Shown: in pieces, positions 1 through 10,463 of the stretch | Numbering within the stretch: position 1 is the first letter of the stretch | Layout: each line of letters starts with the position of its first letter | NCBI GenBank assembly: GCA_963810095.1 | Contig: CAWEMM010000006.1 | Coordinates: forward strand, 1,056,001 to 1,120,000 | DNA from: an uncultured Chloroflexia bacterium | GTDB taxonomy: Bacteria; Chloroflexota; Anaerolineae; CG2-30-64-16 | Length of the DNA: 64,000 nucleotides | Direction of reading: 5' to 3' | Notes under the pieces: generated by a model | Seen by the model: the letters and a program-made list of their open reading frames with translations, nothing else | The model's database searches: none | Told to the model about the DNA's origin: nothing | Position numbers and translations under genes: made by a program

Positions 1-1692
1 GGATATCCCACCGCTGCGCGCCCGGCCACGTCTCCAGCACCTGCACCACACGCGGATCGAGCGGCTGGGCGCTGCGATTGGCCGCCAGCGCGGGCGCCGA
101 GACATAGACGTCGCCCCACAGGGTCTGCCCCAGCCAACTGACGACCGTGGAGCGGAAGCTCCCGACCATGAGCCCTACACCGATCACGACGGAGACGGCT
201 ACCATGAGCGCGGCAATAGCGACCGCGGTGCGGCTAAGCGCCCCGGTGACGCTGCGGGGTGCAAGGCGGCCGGGCGGCCCAAAAAGCGCATTCGCCGGAC
301 GCAGTACCAAGCGGCTGATCACGACGGTGGTCAGCGGCGCCAGCAGGGCGAAACCGATGGTCAGGAGGAACAGGCCGGCAAAGCTGATTTCCAACGACCG
401 GGTGGGCGCAAGCAGCAAGCCGGTGCCCCCGGCAATCGCGACGAAGCCCCCGAGCGACAGCAGCGGCAGCAGGCGCCGGGCCCGGTCTTCGAGCCCCGAC
501 CGGGTGAGGGCCAGCCGGGGCGGCACGGTAGAGGCCTCCCACGCGGGCAGCGCGGCAGACGCCAGGGTGGCAGCCAGCCCCGCCAGCCCGCCCTTCACGA
601 GGCTCTCGGGCGGGATGACGATGCCGCGCACCGTCACGACGAAGTACAGGTCGTTGATCGTCTGCGTAACCAGCCGCACTGCGCCCTGTCCCAGCAGGAT
701 ACCGAGCCCGATGCCCAGCAGCGACCCGAGAAGGCCGATCACGGCTGCCTCACCCAAGACGAGCCGGGCAATTTCGCCGCGGGTGACGCCGAGCGAGCGC
801 AAGGTGCCAAACAGCGGGCGGCGCTGTACGACGGAGAAGGTCATGCTGTTGTAGATGAGGAACATGCCGACGACGAGGGCCAGCAGACTCAGCGCGGTGA
901 GGTTCGTGCGAAAAGCGGTCGTCATTTGCTCCACCGCACCCATGCGGGCAGAGACGGTTTGCAGACGGGCATCCGCGGGCAGCAGGTTGCCGATCGATTG
1001 CAGAAGTTGCCGGTCGCCCGCCGGTACGATCAAATCGACGTGGCTGAGCTTCCCGGCCTGCCCCAGGGCCTCCTGAGCCGTCGCAATATCGGCGAGGATG
1101 ACGCCGTCGAGCGCACGCTGCGCAAGGCGATCGTTCGGCCTAAGCAAGCCCGCGACGAAAGCAGCCGACGTGCGGCCAGACGCGTCAGCTCGACGCGGTC
1201 GCCCAGTCGCAACCCATAATCCGCCGCCAGCCCTTCGGAAATGAGGATTGCGCCGGGGCGGGTGAGAAAGACCACCAACTGGCTCACGTCTACGGGGTTC
1301 GCAATAGAACCGGCTTGCTCGGCGACCAGGTACGAGCGGAAAGGCGCCTCGACGAACGGATCGACGCCGAGCAGCTGTATGGGCCGGCCGCCCAGCTGGG
1401 GCGAAGTGATGTAGTCGGCGACGACGGGCGCGCTGGGCACGGGCAGACCGGACAGGCGCAGCCGGGTGTAGACGCTCTCGTCCAGCCCGGCCGGTCCGCC
1501 GACAATCTGGTGCGTGGCTTTGCCGGCGATCGAGGCGGTGCTGAGATCGAAGGCACGGCTGGCCGCGTTGTTCGCCAGGTCAATCGCCACCATGACGCTG
1601 ACACCCAGCATGATGCCGACGATCATCAGTACGGTTTGCCATGGGTGAAGCACGAGGTAGCGCCACCCGACGTTGAACAGGGTCCTGCTCAT
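1..1692 (-). CDS. ABC transporter permease, FtsX/MacB-like (partial, runs off window start; frameshift near 1140-1190)
   Basis: Begins [41 protein letters not shown]; downstream frame gives permease-type TM text ([31 protein letters not shown]); ATGA overlap with the ATPase stop at 1689-1692. Confidence 0.85.
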
Positions 1693-2507
1693 CCTGGCAG
1701 GCTCACGTGCGGCTGCGGTTGGGCCGGCGTGGTAGGCCCGGCAGAGGCAGTGGTGAGGCCCGGCTGAAATGACGCGTCGTACTGCAGCTTGCCGTCGTGG
1801 AGTTGGAAGACCCGGTCGGCCCACCCGGCCGACTCGGCGCTGTGCGTCACCATGATCAGGTTCTTGCCGGCCTGCCGGGTCAGCCGGTCCAACAACGCCA
1901 GCACGGACTCGCCCGTGTTTTCGTCCAGGTTGCCGGTCGGCTCGTCTGCGAGCACCAGCCGCGGGTCGTGCACGAGGGCGCGGGCGATCGCGATGCGCTG
2001 CTGCTCCCCGCCCGACAGCTTGTCGGGGTATGTTCCCGCCCGGTCGAGCAGTCCGACCGCGTCGAGCAGCGGTTCCGCGGCTCGCCGGGCGCCTTTCGTC
2101 GTCGCGCCGTTCAATTCGACCGGCAGCGTCACGTTTTCGAGCACGGTCAGAGTCGGGATCAGGTTGAAGAACTGAAAGACGAACCCGATGTGCTTCCGTC
2201 GGAACAGCGTGCGGTCGCGCTCGCTCATTGTGGTCAGTTCTTGGCCGGCGATCCAGACCTCTCCGCCGTCGGGCCGGTCAATGCCGCTGATCACGTTCAA
2301 TAATGTGCTCTTTCCGCTGCCGCTCCGGCCGAGGAGCGCGACGAACTCACCCTGCCGGAACGACGCCGACGCCTCGTGCAGCACAATCCGCCGCCGGTCG
2401 CCTTCCTGATACGTCTTCGACAGGTTTACGAGCCGGATCGATGGCGCTTCCCCGGCGGACGGTTGCCCAAGCGGCTGGCGCTTCGCCCCAAACAAGCCCA
2501 TACTCAT
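1689..2507 (-). CDS. ABC transporter ATP-binding protein (LolD/MacB-type)
   Basis: Walker A GRSGSGKS, signature [21 protein letters not shown]. Confidence 0.95.
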   Translation of the reverse strand: MSMGLFGAKRQPLGQPSAGEAPSIRLVNLSKTYQEGDRRRIVLHEASASFRQGEFVALLGRSGSGKSTLLNVISGIDRPDGGEVWIAGQELTTMSERDRTLFRRKHIGFVFQFFNLIPTLTVLENVTLPVELNGATTKGARRAAEPLLDAVGLLDRAGTYPDKLSGGEQQRIAIARALVHDPRLVLADEPTGNLDENTGESVLALLDRLTRQAGKNLIMVTHSAESAGWADRVFQLHDGKLQYDASFQPGLTTASAGPTTPAQPQPHVSLPG

Positions 2508-2617
2508 TCCCTCGATACAAAACGATTCGCCCGTGACGGCGGTTCTCTTTGTGGTAAGTATAACGGATAGGTGGAACCGAGGCGGTAAGGATAACACCGA
2601 TTAGACAAAGGGTAGAC

Positions 2618-2658
2618 AAAAAAGCAGGCACCTGGTTCCGGGCGGAACCAGATGCCTT
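2618..2658 (-). terminator. Rho-independent terminator downstream of iorB
   Basis: Minus strand AGGCATCTGGTTCC-GCCC-GGAACCAGGTGCCT followed by GC and a T-run. Confidence 0.7.
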
Positions 2659-2677
2659 AGTTATCGCTCGCTATGGG

Positions 2678-3298
2678 CTAGCGAACTCGCTGGCGCACGG
2701 CTTCCCGGCCGGCCGTAAACGCCTGGCGGTTAAGCTCGAGATACTTTGCCGGCACGCGCTGAGCAATCTCGGCGAGCCACGCATCGCTCGCCAGCCCGGG
2801 CGCGAGGCCCTCTTGTTCGACAAGCGCCGAGAGTGCGCCGAGCAGGACCACGTTGGCCGCCTTGGCATTACCCAGCGCACCCGCAATCCGCTCGCCGTCG
2901 ATGTACACGGCTTTGGACGTCACCTGCTCAACCGCTTTGCGCAGGTGATCGTCGTCCGGGTAGCTCTGGCCGCCCGAGGTCACCGTGACCGGCTCGATCG
3001 CCTGCATGTTGACGACGGTCAGCGCATCGCGGCGCAGCTGCCCGAGATTGCGCAGCGTCTCGGCCTTCTCGAACGACAGATAGACGTCTACCTCGCCCGC
3101 GCCCACCAGCGGCGAGAAGACTACCTTGCCCCAGCGGACGAAGCTCGTCACGCTGCCGCCCCGCTGCGACATTCCATGCACCTCAGCCTGCTTCGCCTGG
3201 TAGCCCGCTCGCACGCCCACATTCACCAGCACGTCGCTCGCCAGGATCGTGCCCTGGCCGCCCACGCCTGCCAGGAGGAAGTTGATGGTCTCTTTCAT
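2678..3298 (-). CDS. iorB: Indolepyruvate:ferredoxin oxidoreductase beta subunit
   Basis: AGVGGQGTILAS, AEVHGMSQRGGSV, ANVVLLGAL; GGAGG RBS before MKETINF. Confidence 0.93.
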   Translation of the reverse strand: MKETINFLLAGVGGQGTILASDVLVNVGVRAGYQAKQAEVHGMSQRGGSVTSFVRWGKVVFSPLVGAGEVDVYLSFEKAETLRNLGQLRRDALTVVNMQAIEPVTVTSGGQSYPDDDHLRKAVEQVTSKAVYIDGERIAGALGNAKAANVVLLGALSALVEQEGLAPGLASDAWLAEIAQRVPAKYLELNRQAFTAGREAVRQRVR

Positions 3299-3309
3299 CG
3301 TGGCCCTCC

Positions 3310-5099
3310 TTAATTCATGGACGCGCGGAACTTGATCGCGTCGCGGGGGCAAACTTGCGCGCAGACCTCGCAGCCGGTGCACAGGCTTGCGTCGATCAGC
3401 GCCTTGGGCCGCTGAGTCTTCTCGTCCAGCTCGTCGCTCTTCAGGATGGCCGGGCAGCCGATGCGGAAGCACAAGGTGCAGCCGTTGCACGCGTCGTCTA
3501 TCACCTCCAGCGGCACCCAGCGCTTGCGTGCCGCGGGCAGCAGTGCGCACTCCTCACGGGTGATGAGCACGGCCGGCTCATCCAGCTTCAGGTACGCCTT
3601 CAGCGTCTTCTCGATCTCGTCGATCTCGAAGGCGGGCACGGTCTTCACGTGCTGGATGCCGCATGCACGCACCAGCGGCTCGATCTCGATGACGGGCGCA
3701 TCCTGGCCCTGCAGTGTGTGGCCCGTGCCCGGGTTTTCCTGGTGCCCCGTCATGCCGGTCACCCGGTTGTCCATGATGATCGTCACGATGGGCGAGCGGT
3801 TGTACGCCGCATTGATGAGCGCAGGGATGCCGGTATGGAAAAAGGTCGAGTCGCCCAGCACTGCAACGTGGTGCTCGGGGCTGCCGGCCTTCGCCGCACC
3901 GTGGGCCTGGCCAATGCTCGAGCCCATGGCACCGCACGAGTGAATCGCACTGAGCGGCGGGATCATGCCGAGGGTATAGCAGCCGATATCGCCGTTAACC
4001 GGCACTTTCAGCTTGTTAAGCACGTAGAACGCGCCGCGGTGCGGGCAGCCGGGGCAGAGCACAGGCGGACGTGCCGGCAGGGGCCCGGTGTCGACGCTGA
4101 CCAGCGGCACCCGCGCCGACTCGGGCAGCAAACCGGCCGCGATGGCCGCTTCCCGCACCACTTTCGGGTCGAACTCGCCTATGAGGGGGAAGATGCTCTT
4201 CCCCTCGCACTCGACGCCAAGCAGCCGGATTGCATTTTCGATGAACGGATCGAGCTCTTCGATTACGATCAACCGGTCGACGGACGCGGCGAAGTCGCGG
4301 ATCATCTGCTCGGGCAGCGGCCAGGACATGCCGAGCTTGAGCACCGACGCGGTCGGAAAAATCTCTTTTGCGTACTGGTAGGAAACGCCGGCAGTGACGA
4401 TTCCGAGGGCTGAGTCGCCGGCTTCGATGCGGTTGAAAGGGTACGTCTCTGCGAAACGCGCCGATCTCGCGGATACGCCGCTCGATCACCGGATGCCGCG
4501 CCCGGGCGTTCCCGGGCACCATGACGTACTTGGCGGGGTTGCGCGGGAACTTCTCGACTTTCGCCGGGCGTTCCTGGCGCTCGCCCAGCTCCACGGCACT
4601 GGTAGAGTGGCAAATGCGGGTGGTCATGCGGAGCAGGACGGGGGTATCGAAACGCTCGCTCAACTCGAAGGCCGCCACCGTCATGTCCTTCGCTTCCTGG
4701 CTGTCGCTCGGCTCCAGGCAAGGGATGCGGGCGAAAGCGGCAAAGGTGCGATTGTCCTGCTCGTTCTGGCTCGAATGCATCGCGGGATCGTCGGCCGAGA
4801 CGATCAGGAGCCCGGCCTCCGCGCCCGTCATCGAGGCATACATGAACGCGTCGGCCGCGACGTTGAGCCCTACGTGCTTCATGGTCGCCAGTGCGCGCCG
4901 GCCGACGTAGGCCGCGCCGATTGCCACGTCAAGCGCAACCTTCTCGTTGGTGGCCCACTCGGCATAGACGTTGGGAAAACGCGCCAATTCTTCGAGAATT
5001 TCCGTGCTTGGCGTGCCAGGGTAGGCGGAGGCGACGGCCACGCCCGCCTCCCATGCGCCGCGCGCTGACGGCTTCGTCGCCGGAGAGCAATCGGATCAC
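3310..5099 (-). CDS. iorA: Indolepyruvate:ferredoxin oxidoreductase alpha subunit (frameshifts near 5065 and 4450)
   Basis: YPGTPSTEI, NEKVA, MKHVGLNVAAD, SSQNEQD, RPPVLCPGCPH, GDIGCY, GDSTFFH and a C-terminal 2x[4Fe-4S] ferredoxin; GTG start with GGAGG RBS. Confidence 0.93.
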
Positions 5100-5149
5100 T
5101 TTCTAAACCTCCATCAGAAGTCGAGCTGACAGTCGCGGCAGAGCAATCA

Positions 5150-5182
5150 AGACCTCCGAGCTGCCTGAGACCTCGGAGGTCT
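5150..5182. repeat. REP-like palindrome
   Basis: AGACCTCCGAG...CTCGGAGGTCT, an 11-bp inverted repeat between genes. Confidence 0.6.
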
Positions 5183-5187
5183 CCAAG

Positions 5188-6075
5188 TCAATGTACCGCT
5201 TCCTCCCGGTACGGGCCATGACGTGCGTCAGCCTCGCGGAGGAAGTCGAGCACGACCTGGTTGTAGAAGGCCGGGTTGCCGACGTGCATGGCGTGCGAGG
5301 CGCCGGGTATGATCACCGGGCCCTGAGCGTTGGGCAAGCACTTGGCCAGGTCGTCGGTGATGAGGCGGAATACGGGCGGGCTCAGTTCGCCCTTGCACAG
5401 CAGCACCGGCCGGCGAAGGGCTTGCGCGTCGTTGCACGTAAACGCGGGAAAGTACGCTTCGCCCGCCCGCGTTTCGGCCTCCATTTCGGCCGCGTTGTCC
5501 ATGATTGACTGGCGCCCGCGCTGGCCCAGGTGCTCGAACGTGGGCCGCCCCATCACGGCATCCAGGAAGAGGCGCACGCCGTCTTCCGGCCGGTCCGCTC
5601 GAAACGCCTGTTGCGCCGGATACCACGCCTCGTCCAGGAACTTCTGCCAGTACACCTTGCCGCCGGGAATGTAGACGAGCCACGGGAGAAGCGGCGGCTC
5701 GCCCAGCACGAGGCTGCGGACCCACTCAGGACGCTGCGCGGCCATGCAGAGCCCGACGTTGCCGCCCCACGAGGAGGTGACCAGGTGGACCGGTCCGCCG
5801 GCCACTTCTCGGACGAACGCCGCGAGGTCCGCGGCATGCAGTTCGGCGGCATACTCCAGGTTGGCCGGGTCCCAGGCGTTGGGATAGTGATAGCGCCGGC
5901 TCAGCGCGAGGACGCGATAGCGCCGGCTGAAGGGCTCGAGCTGAAAGCGCCACGAACGATAGTCGTCGAGGCTGCCGTGCACGAAGACGACGGTCTCCGG
6001 TCCGCTACCGGCCTCGACATAACTCAGGCTCGCGCCGTTAACCCTCGCGCTCCGGACCTCGTGCGGGCTGCTCAC
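5188..6075 (-). CDS. Alpha/beta fold hydrolase
   Basis: VVFVHGS, nucleophile elbow TSSWGG, catalytic His in GASH. Confidence 0.9.
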   Translation of the reverse strand: MSSPHEVRSARVNGASLSYVEAGSGPETVVFVHGSLDDYRSWRFQLEPFSRRYRVLALSRRYHYPNAWDPANLEYAAELHAADLAAFVREVAGGPVHLVTSSWGGNVGLCMAAQRPEWVRSLVLGEPPLLPWLVYIPGGKVYWQKFLDEAWYPAQQAFRADRPEDGVRLFLDAVMGRPTFEHLGQRGRQSIMDNAAEMEAETRAGEAYFPAFTCNDAQALRRPVLLCKGELSPPVFRLITDDLAKCLPNAQGPVIIPGASHAMHVGNPAFYNQVVLDFLREADARHGPYREEAVH

Positions 6076-7506
6076 GAGTGGGGCTCACCATTCGGCGGCT
6101 CGACATGGATGACGACCCGGCCCAGGTTGCCCACCTGGTTGCGCAAGAGACTCTCGACCCGCTCGGTCATCGTGTGCGCCTCCGTGATCGGCAGGCTCGA
6201 GTCGACGGTGCAGTGGAAGGTCACCTGCAGCTCGCCCCCCACCCGGCGCACGGTCACGTCGTGCGGTTTGCAGCCCAGCCCGTTCTCGCGCTCGAGGTTC
6301 AGCAAGACGTCGCGCACGTGCTCTTCGTCGGCGGCGGTAGCCTGCTTTGCGCACCAGCACGTCGCTTGTCGGCTCCAGATGGGTCACGACCTGGTCGATC
6401 GAAGGCAGCGTTTTACGCAATGCTTCCTCGAAGGCGCTCGCCCGCTCGTGGGCCTGCTCCACCGTCAGCCCGTCGCTGACCTCCAGGTGCAGCTCGAGCA
6501 GGTGCCCGCCGCTTTGCAGATCGTAAATGCGAACGCCGTGCGCCCCCATGCCCCCCTCCGCCGCCAGCATGCGAACAGTGGTCAGCACCCCCTCGTGGTC
6601 CGACTTGACCGGGTCCACCTGGACGACGACGTCTGCGCCTGGCAGGACCTGGCGCACGGCCGATTCGGCGGCGACGGCGATCTCGTGCGTCTTCTCGAGC
6701 GGCGTGTCCCGCGCCACGGTCAGGCGGACGTCGGCGAAGCTCTCCGGGCCCGACCGCCGCACGCGCACGCGCCGCACCTCCAGGACGCCGGGCACGCGCA
6801 CTGCGCGGACGACGTCGTCGCGCACGGACGCCGGCACGCCGTCAAGCAGCGCGGCAATCGTGCGGCCGCCCAGTTGCATGCTCACGTAGACGACAATCCC
6901 CGCGACGATCAGCGCCGCGATGGCGTCGGCCTTGGCAAGCGCAGGAATCCCGAGCCGCTCGGAGAGCCAAACCAGGCCCAGGCCGACGATGACCACGGCG
7001 GACGACCAGATGTCGGTGGAAAAGTGCAGTGCGTCCGCTTCGAGCGCCTGGCTGTCATACTTCTTGGCAGTGCGATAAAGCATCCGGGACCGCGTGAAGT
7101 CGATGACGATCGCCACGCCCATCACGATGAAGGCCCAAATGTTCACCTCAACCTGAACTTCCTCGAAGAACAACCGTCGGATGGCCTCGTAAATGATCCA
7201 GGCACACGTGACGAGCAGCAGCACCGTTTCGAACAGCGCCGAGAGGTTCTCGACCTTGCCGTGTCCATAAGTGTGCTCTTTGTCGGCGGGCCGGCCGGAG
7301 ACGCGCACGGCAAACAGGGTCACGGCGGCCGCCACCAAGTCAAGCCCGCTGTGAGCGACCTCGGCGAGGATGCCCAAGCTGCCGGTGCTCAGGCCGACCA
7401 CGAGCTTGAACAAGGTCAAGAAAATCGCCGCGATGACTGAACTCAGCGCCGCCGAGTGCTTCTCGTGCGCTGCAACGGCGTCGTTGCTGTGAGGCATCAC
7501 CGTCAT
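6072..7506 (-). CDS. Cation diffusion facilitator transporter with three C-terminal ZT-dimer-like domains (frameshift near 6340)
   Basis: AEVAHSGLD, HTYGHGKVE, ADALHFSTD; three repeats ending VVVQVDP, VVTHLEP and VVIHVEP. Confidence 0.88.
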
Positions 7507-7539
7507 TCCTGCTCTTCTCCTCTGCCACGCCCGGCGTGG

Positions 7540-9510
7540 TCAGGTCAGTTCGATGATCCTGACTTGCGCGGGCCCCAATTCGAGTTCGTGGGCCCTCTGG
7601 GGCGCAGCGTCCCGGCCATTGACCAGGGTCTCCCGGGGAACCCGCTCGGTCTCTTCGATTACGAATCGGACGCTGTGGGGGTTGCTCATGTCGCTGTTGC
7701 AGACGACCAGCACCCGCCGGCTCCCCGGGCGGCCGCGCAGGAAAGCGATCACATGCGGGTCGCTCGTCTCTACCCGGCAAATCGACTCGGGCGACGGGTC
7801 CTCGACCGTGTCGCTGTACTGCCCGCGGCGCGCCATGACTGCCTTCAACTCGGCCACCAGGTTGGGTTCCCGCGTCCAGTCATAAAACGCCGCGCTGAAC
7901 AGCGGCAGCACGGCGGCCGGCAGTTGCGCCAGTCGATCTTGCGAGAAGTCGAACCCCGTGTTGACCGGCAGGGTCTCGGCCAGCTCGAGCCCGCCGTGAA
8001 TGTAGGGCACGGACGGCAGCAGCGCGCCGATCGTCATTGCGTAGATCGCGTAGTCAAGGCCGCCGGGCCACGTCACGGCCCGGGGCGTATTGTGGTTCTC
8101 CGGCGTCGCCATAAACGGCACCGGGATACCGGTCACGTGCAGGATATCCAGCCACCGACCGAAGGCGAGCGGATCTCGGACGGTTTGCATGAACGGCCCA
8201 AGGCAGACGTTGTACCCCTCCGCCCGGCTGCTAGCCCGCAGGTCAAAGTCCTCGGCCCACAGCGCGAAGTCCTCGTTCAACTCTCGCGCTCGGGCCACGA
8301 GCCTCTGTTTTAGTGCGACCGGCAGCGCGTGCCCCATGTCGATCATAACGCCGTCGATGTCGAACGCGCGCTGGTAATGGGGGATCACCTCGACGATCTT
8401 GTCCCACAGCCCGAAGACCGCGTTCTCCGGCCGTGCCAACCGGCCGTCATAAATCCGCACCGTGTTGTACGCCATGTAGTTGAAATCTGGATCGTCGTAC
8501 AACCGCAGGTAGGTCACGTCGCTCCAGGGCGGCTGGTCCGAATCGGGGGTCCAGTCGGAGAAGGCGCCGGGAATGCGGGCCGCGGTCCTCTCGCCCGTCT
8601 CGGGATCACGGACCCGGCCCACCCAGCCGCCGTCGACCAACTGCACATCCTCCGGCGCGGGAGGCGGCAGAAACATGCGCCGGTAGAGGGGATGCGGCGC
8701 CAGGAGGTCGACGTACTCGCCCGCGCCCACTTGCCGGTAGATCTGCGCCAGTTCGGGCGACGAAAAGAGCGGCGCACCGAAGGCGCCTTCGTCAAGGTTT
8801 CCCGCCTCCCGGTCGGGGACATCAGCGCGAATCCAGTAGAACCACTCGGGATGCTCGCTGGCCCACACCGCATCTTTGGCCGCGGTCCGGAATACGAATT
8901 CGAGGACCACCCGCAGTCCCAGGTGATGCGCGGCCTCGACAAAGCCCGAAAACTCCGCTTCCGCACCGAGGCCCAGGGCGCGCTCACTCAGATTCTCGTC
9001 GAGGGCGTAGGGGTCGCGAATCGCATAGGGACTGCCCAGGTTCCCTTTGTGGCCGTCGCGGCCGATTGCAGTGATGGGGAGGAGATGGACGGTGTTACAC
9101 CCCAGCGACCGGATGAACGGCAGCAAGGTGATCGCCTTCAGGAAGGTACCCGTTTCGCGCCAGCCATCACGGTTCACGCCCGGCCGAAGACGGATATCGC
9201 CCTCGGCCGTATGCGGCCATGCAGCCCCGGCACGAACAAAGAGGTTGTATGCAACGGCGTGCTTGCCCCAGTCACCGGGGCCATCGGCGCCGGTCACGCG
9301 CTCCTGCGCGGGCCTGTCGAGGATGCTCTGCAGCCGGTCTCTGAAGAACGAGTCCGGTACGACGGCCCGTGCACTGGTCGGGCCGTCCGGGTCGACCCAT
9401 AGACCCGGTACCATGTACGGACTGTCGGCTGCAAACCGGCCGTCTTCTTGCCCGTCCGCAATGCGGTCGTTAAGCCGGTTCAGGATGCGCGAAAGAGCGG
9501 GATACTGCAT
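7540..9510 (-). CDS. GH13 alpha-amylase family protein, maltodextrin glycosyltransferase-like
   Basis: TGTFLKAITLLP..LLPI..GSPYAI, VVLEFVFRTAA, DGVMIDMGHALP, WAED, ENHNTPR. Confidence 0.8.
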   Translation of the reverse strand: MQYPALSRILNRLNDRIADGQEDGRFAADSPYMVPGLWVDPDGPTSARAVVPDSFFRDRLQSILDRPAQERVTGADGPGDWGKHAVAYNLFVRAGAAWPHTAEGDIRLRPGVNRDGWRETGTFLKAITLLPFIRSLGCNTVHLLPITAIGRDGHKGNLGSPYAIRDPYALDENLSERALGLGAEAEFSGFVEAAHHLGLRVVLEFVFRTAAKDAVWASEHPEWFYWIRADVPDREAGNLDEGAFGAPLFSSPELAQIYRQVGAGEYVDLLAPHPLYRRMFLPPPAPEDVQLVDGGWVGRVRDPETGERTAARIPGAFSDWTPDSDQPPWSDVTYLRLYDDPDFNYMAYNTVRIYDGRLARPENAVFGLWDKIVEVIPHYQRAFDIDGVMIDMGHALPVALKQRLVARARELNEDFALWAEDFDLRASSRAEGYNVCLGPFMQTVRDPLAFGRWLDILHVTGIPVPFMATPENHNTPRAVTWPGGLDYAIYAMTIGALLPSVPYIHGGLELAETLPVNTGFDFSQDRLAQLPAAVLPLFSAAFYDWTREPNLVAELKAVMARRGQYSDTVEDPSPESICRVETSDPHVIAFLRGRPGSRRVLVVCNSDMSNPHSVRFVIEETERVPRETLVNGRDAAPQRAHELELGPAQVRIIELT

Positions 9511-9547
9511 GGAAACTCGAAACTAGCCGGTCGGACCAGCGCCCGCC

Positions 9548-10270
9548 CTATTGCGGTTGGAGCTTGTCCGCCACGAGGCTCGCCAGGAACATCCGCTCCG
9601 TCCCGTCCCTGAACCGGACGCTGATGCTCATGTCCTTACCGTCCGGCCGGATTTGGGTGATCTCGCCCGCACCGAACTTCTGGTGATACACTTCCATACC
9701 CTCCCGAAAGGCTGGCGGCGGCCCGCTGCGCCGGGCCTCAGGCGCCTGCGAGGCGAGGTTGGCCTGCCTGTCGTACCACATTTCCGCGTAGACGCCGAGC
9801 CTTTCGGGAACGGTCAGCTTGGTCGTGAACTCGCCGGTGCGGCGGCGCGCCTGGCTGAGCAGCGGCATGAGAGCCTGCTTGCGGGCGTGCGGCACCTTGC
9901 CGTTCTGTGCGAGTTGGCCCGCCGCCCGCGACAACCCGCTCTCCAGCCGGCGCAGGGCGTTCCGGGGTTCGTCGTCCGGATCGATGCTGACGAGGATCAC
10001 GCCGTGCTCCCGGCACACGGCTTCACGCGCATCCTCCCGCTCCTGCTCGGACAGGACTTCCTCATCGCTCTTGCGCCGCTTCTGACCCGGGCCCTCGAGG
10101 CCCACGAAGCGAATTGCCAGGTTGATGTCACGATACAGGTAGTCGAGCTTGAGCCGCCGGTTGGTCTCGGGATTGATCAGCCACTCGGGCGATAGGTTGA
10201 GCTCGGCATCGAAGCCTTCGAAGACGCGTGCGAGCACCTCGCGCCAGCCATTGACCAGGTTGGGTTGCAT
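9548..10270 (-). CDS. Hypothetical protein: Vsr/DUF559-like N-terminal domain plus PcrA/UvrD-type C-terminal Tudor-like domain
   Basis: PEWLINPETNRRLKLDYLYRDINLAIRF..CREHGVILVSI; C-terminal FREGMEVYHQKFGAGEI..VRF. Confidence 0.6.
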   Translation of the reverse strand: MQPNLVNGWREVLARVFEGFDAELNLSPEWLINPETNRRLKLDYLYRDINLAIRFVGLEGPGQKRRKSDEEVLSEQEREDAREAVCREHGVILVSIDPDDEPRNALRRLESGLSRAAGQLAQNGKVPHARKQALMPLLSQARRRTGEFTTKLTVPERLGVYAEMWYDRQANLASQAPEARRSGPPPAFREGMEVYHQKFGAGEITQIRPDGKDMSISVRFRDGTERMFLASLVADKLQPQ

Positions 10271-10415
10271 GTTGTCTCACCGGAACGTAATGAACGTGCG
10301 CCACCCGTCGGCATGCGCACGTCTGCAACGCATCATAGCACGGCTGAGAGGCAGTGTCAAAGCGAATTCGGTGCAGCACCTTTGTTGGGCGCAGGGTAGC
10401 CGTACGAGTCCGGTT

Positions 10416-10440
10416 CCTCGAGTCCTTGTGTCTTTGTGGT
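10416..10440. repeat. Half copy of the ACCACAAAGACAC-type palindromic element
   Basis: CCTCGAGTCCTTGTGTCTTTGTGGT resembles the right arm of the element at 14146-14217. Confidence 0.5.
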
Positions 10441-10454
10441 GAACCTCCTATAAT
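10426..10454 (+). promoter_or_regulatory. Putative sigma70 promoter for the femAB pair
   Basis: TTGTGT-17 bp-TATAAT directly upstream of the CDS. Confidence 0.45.
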
Positions 10455-10463
10455 CACGCTAGC

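Noticed and set aside
5530-7440. Long plus-strand ORF (636 aa) and similar antisense ORFs such as 19454-20977, 43091-44566 and 61602-63005
   Set aside because: Shadow ORFs opposite well-supported genes, expected at high GC, with no recognisable motifs
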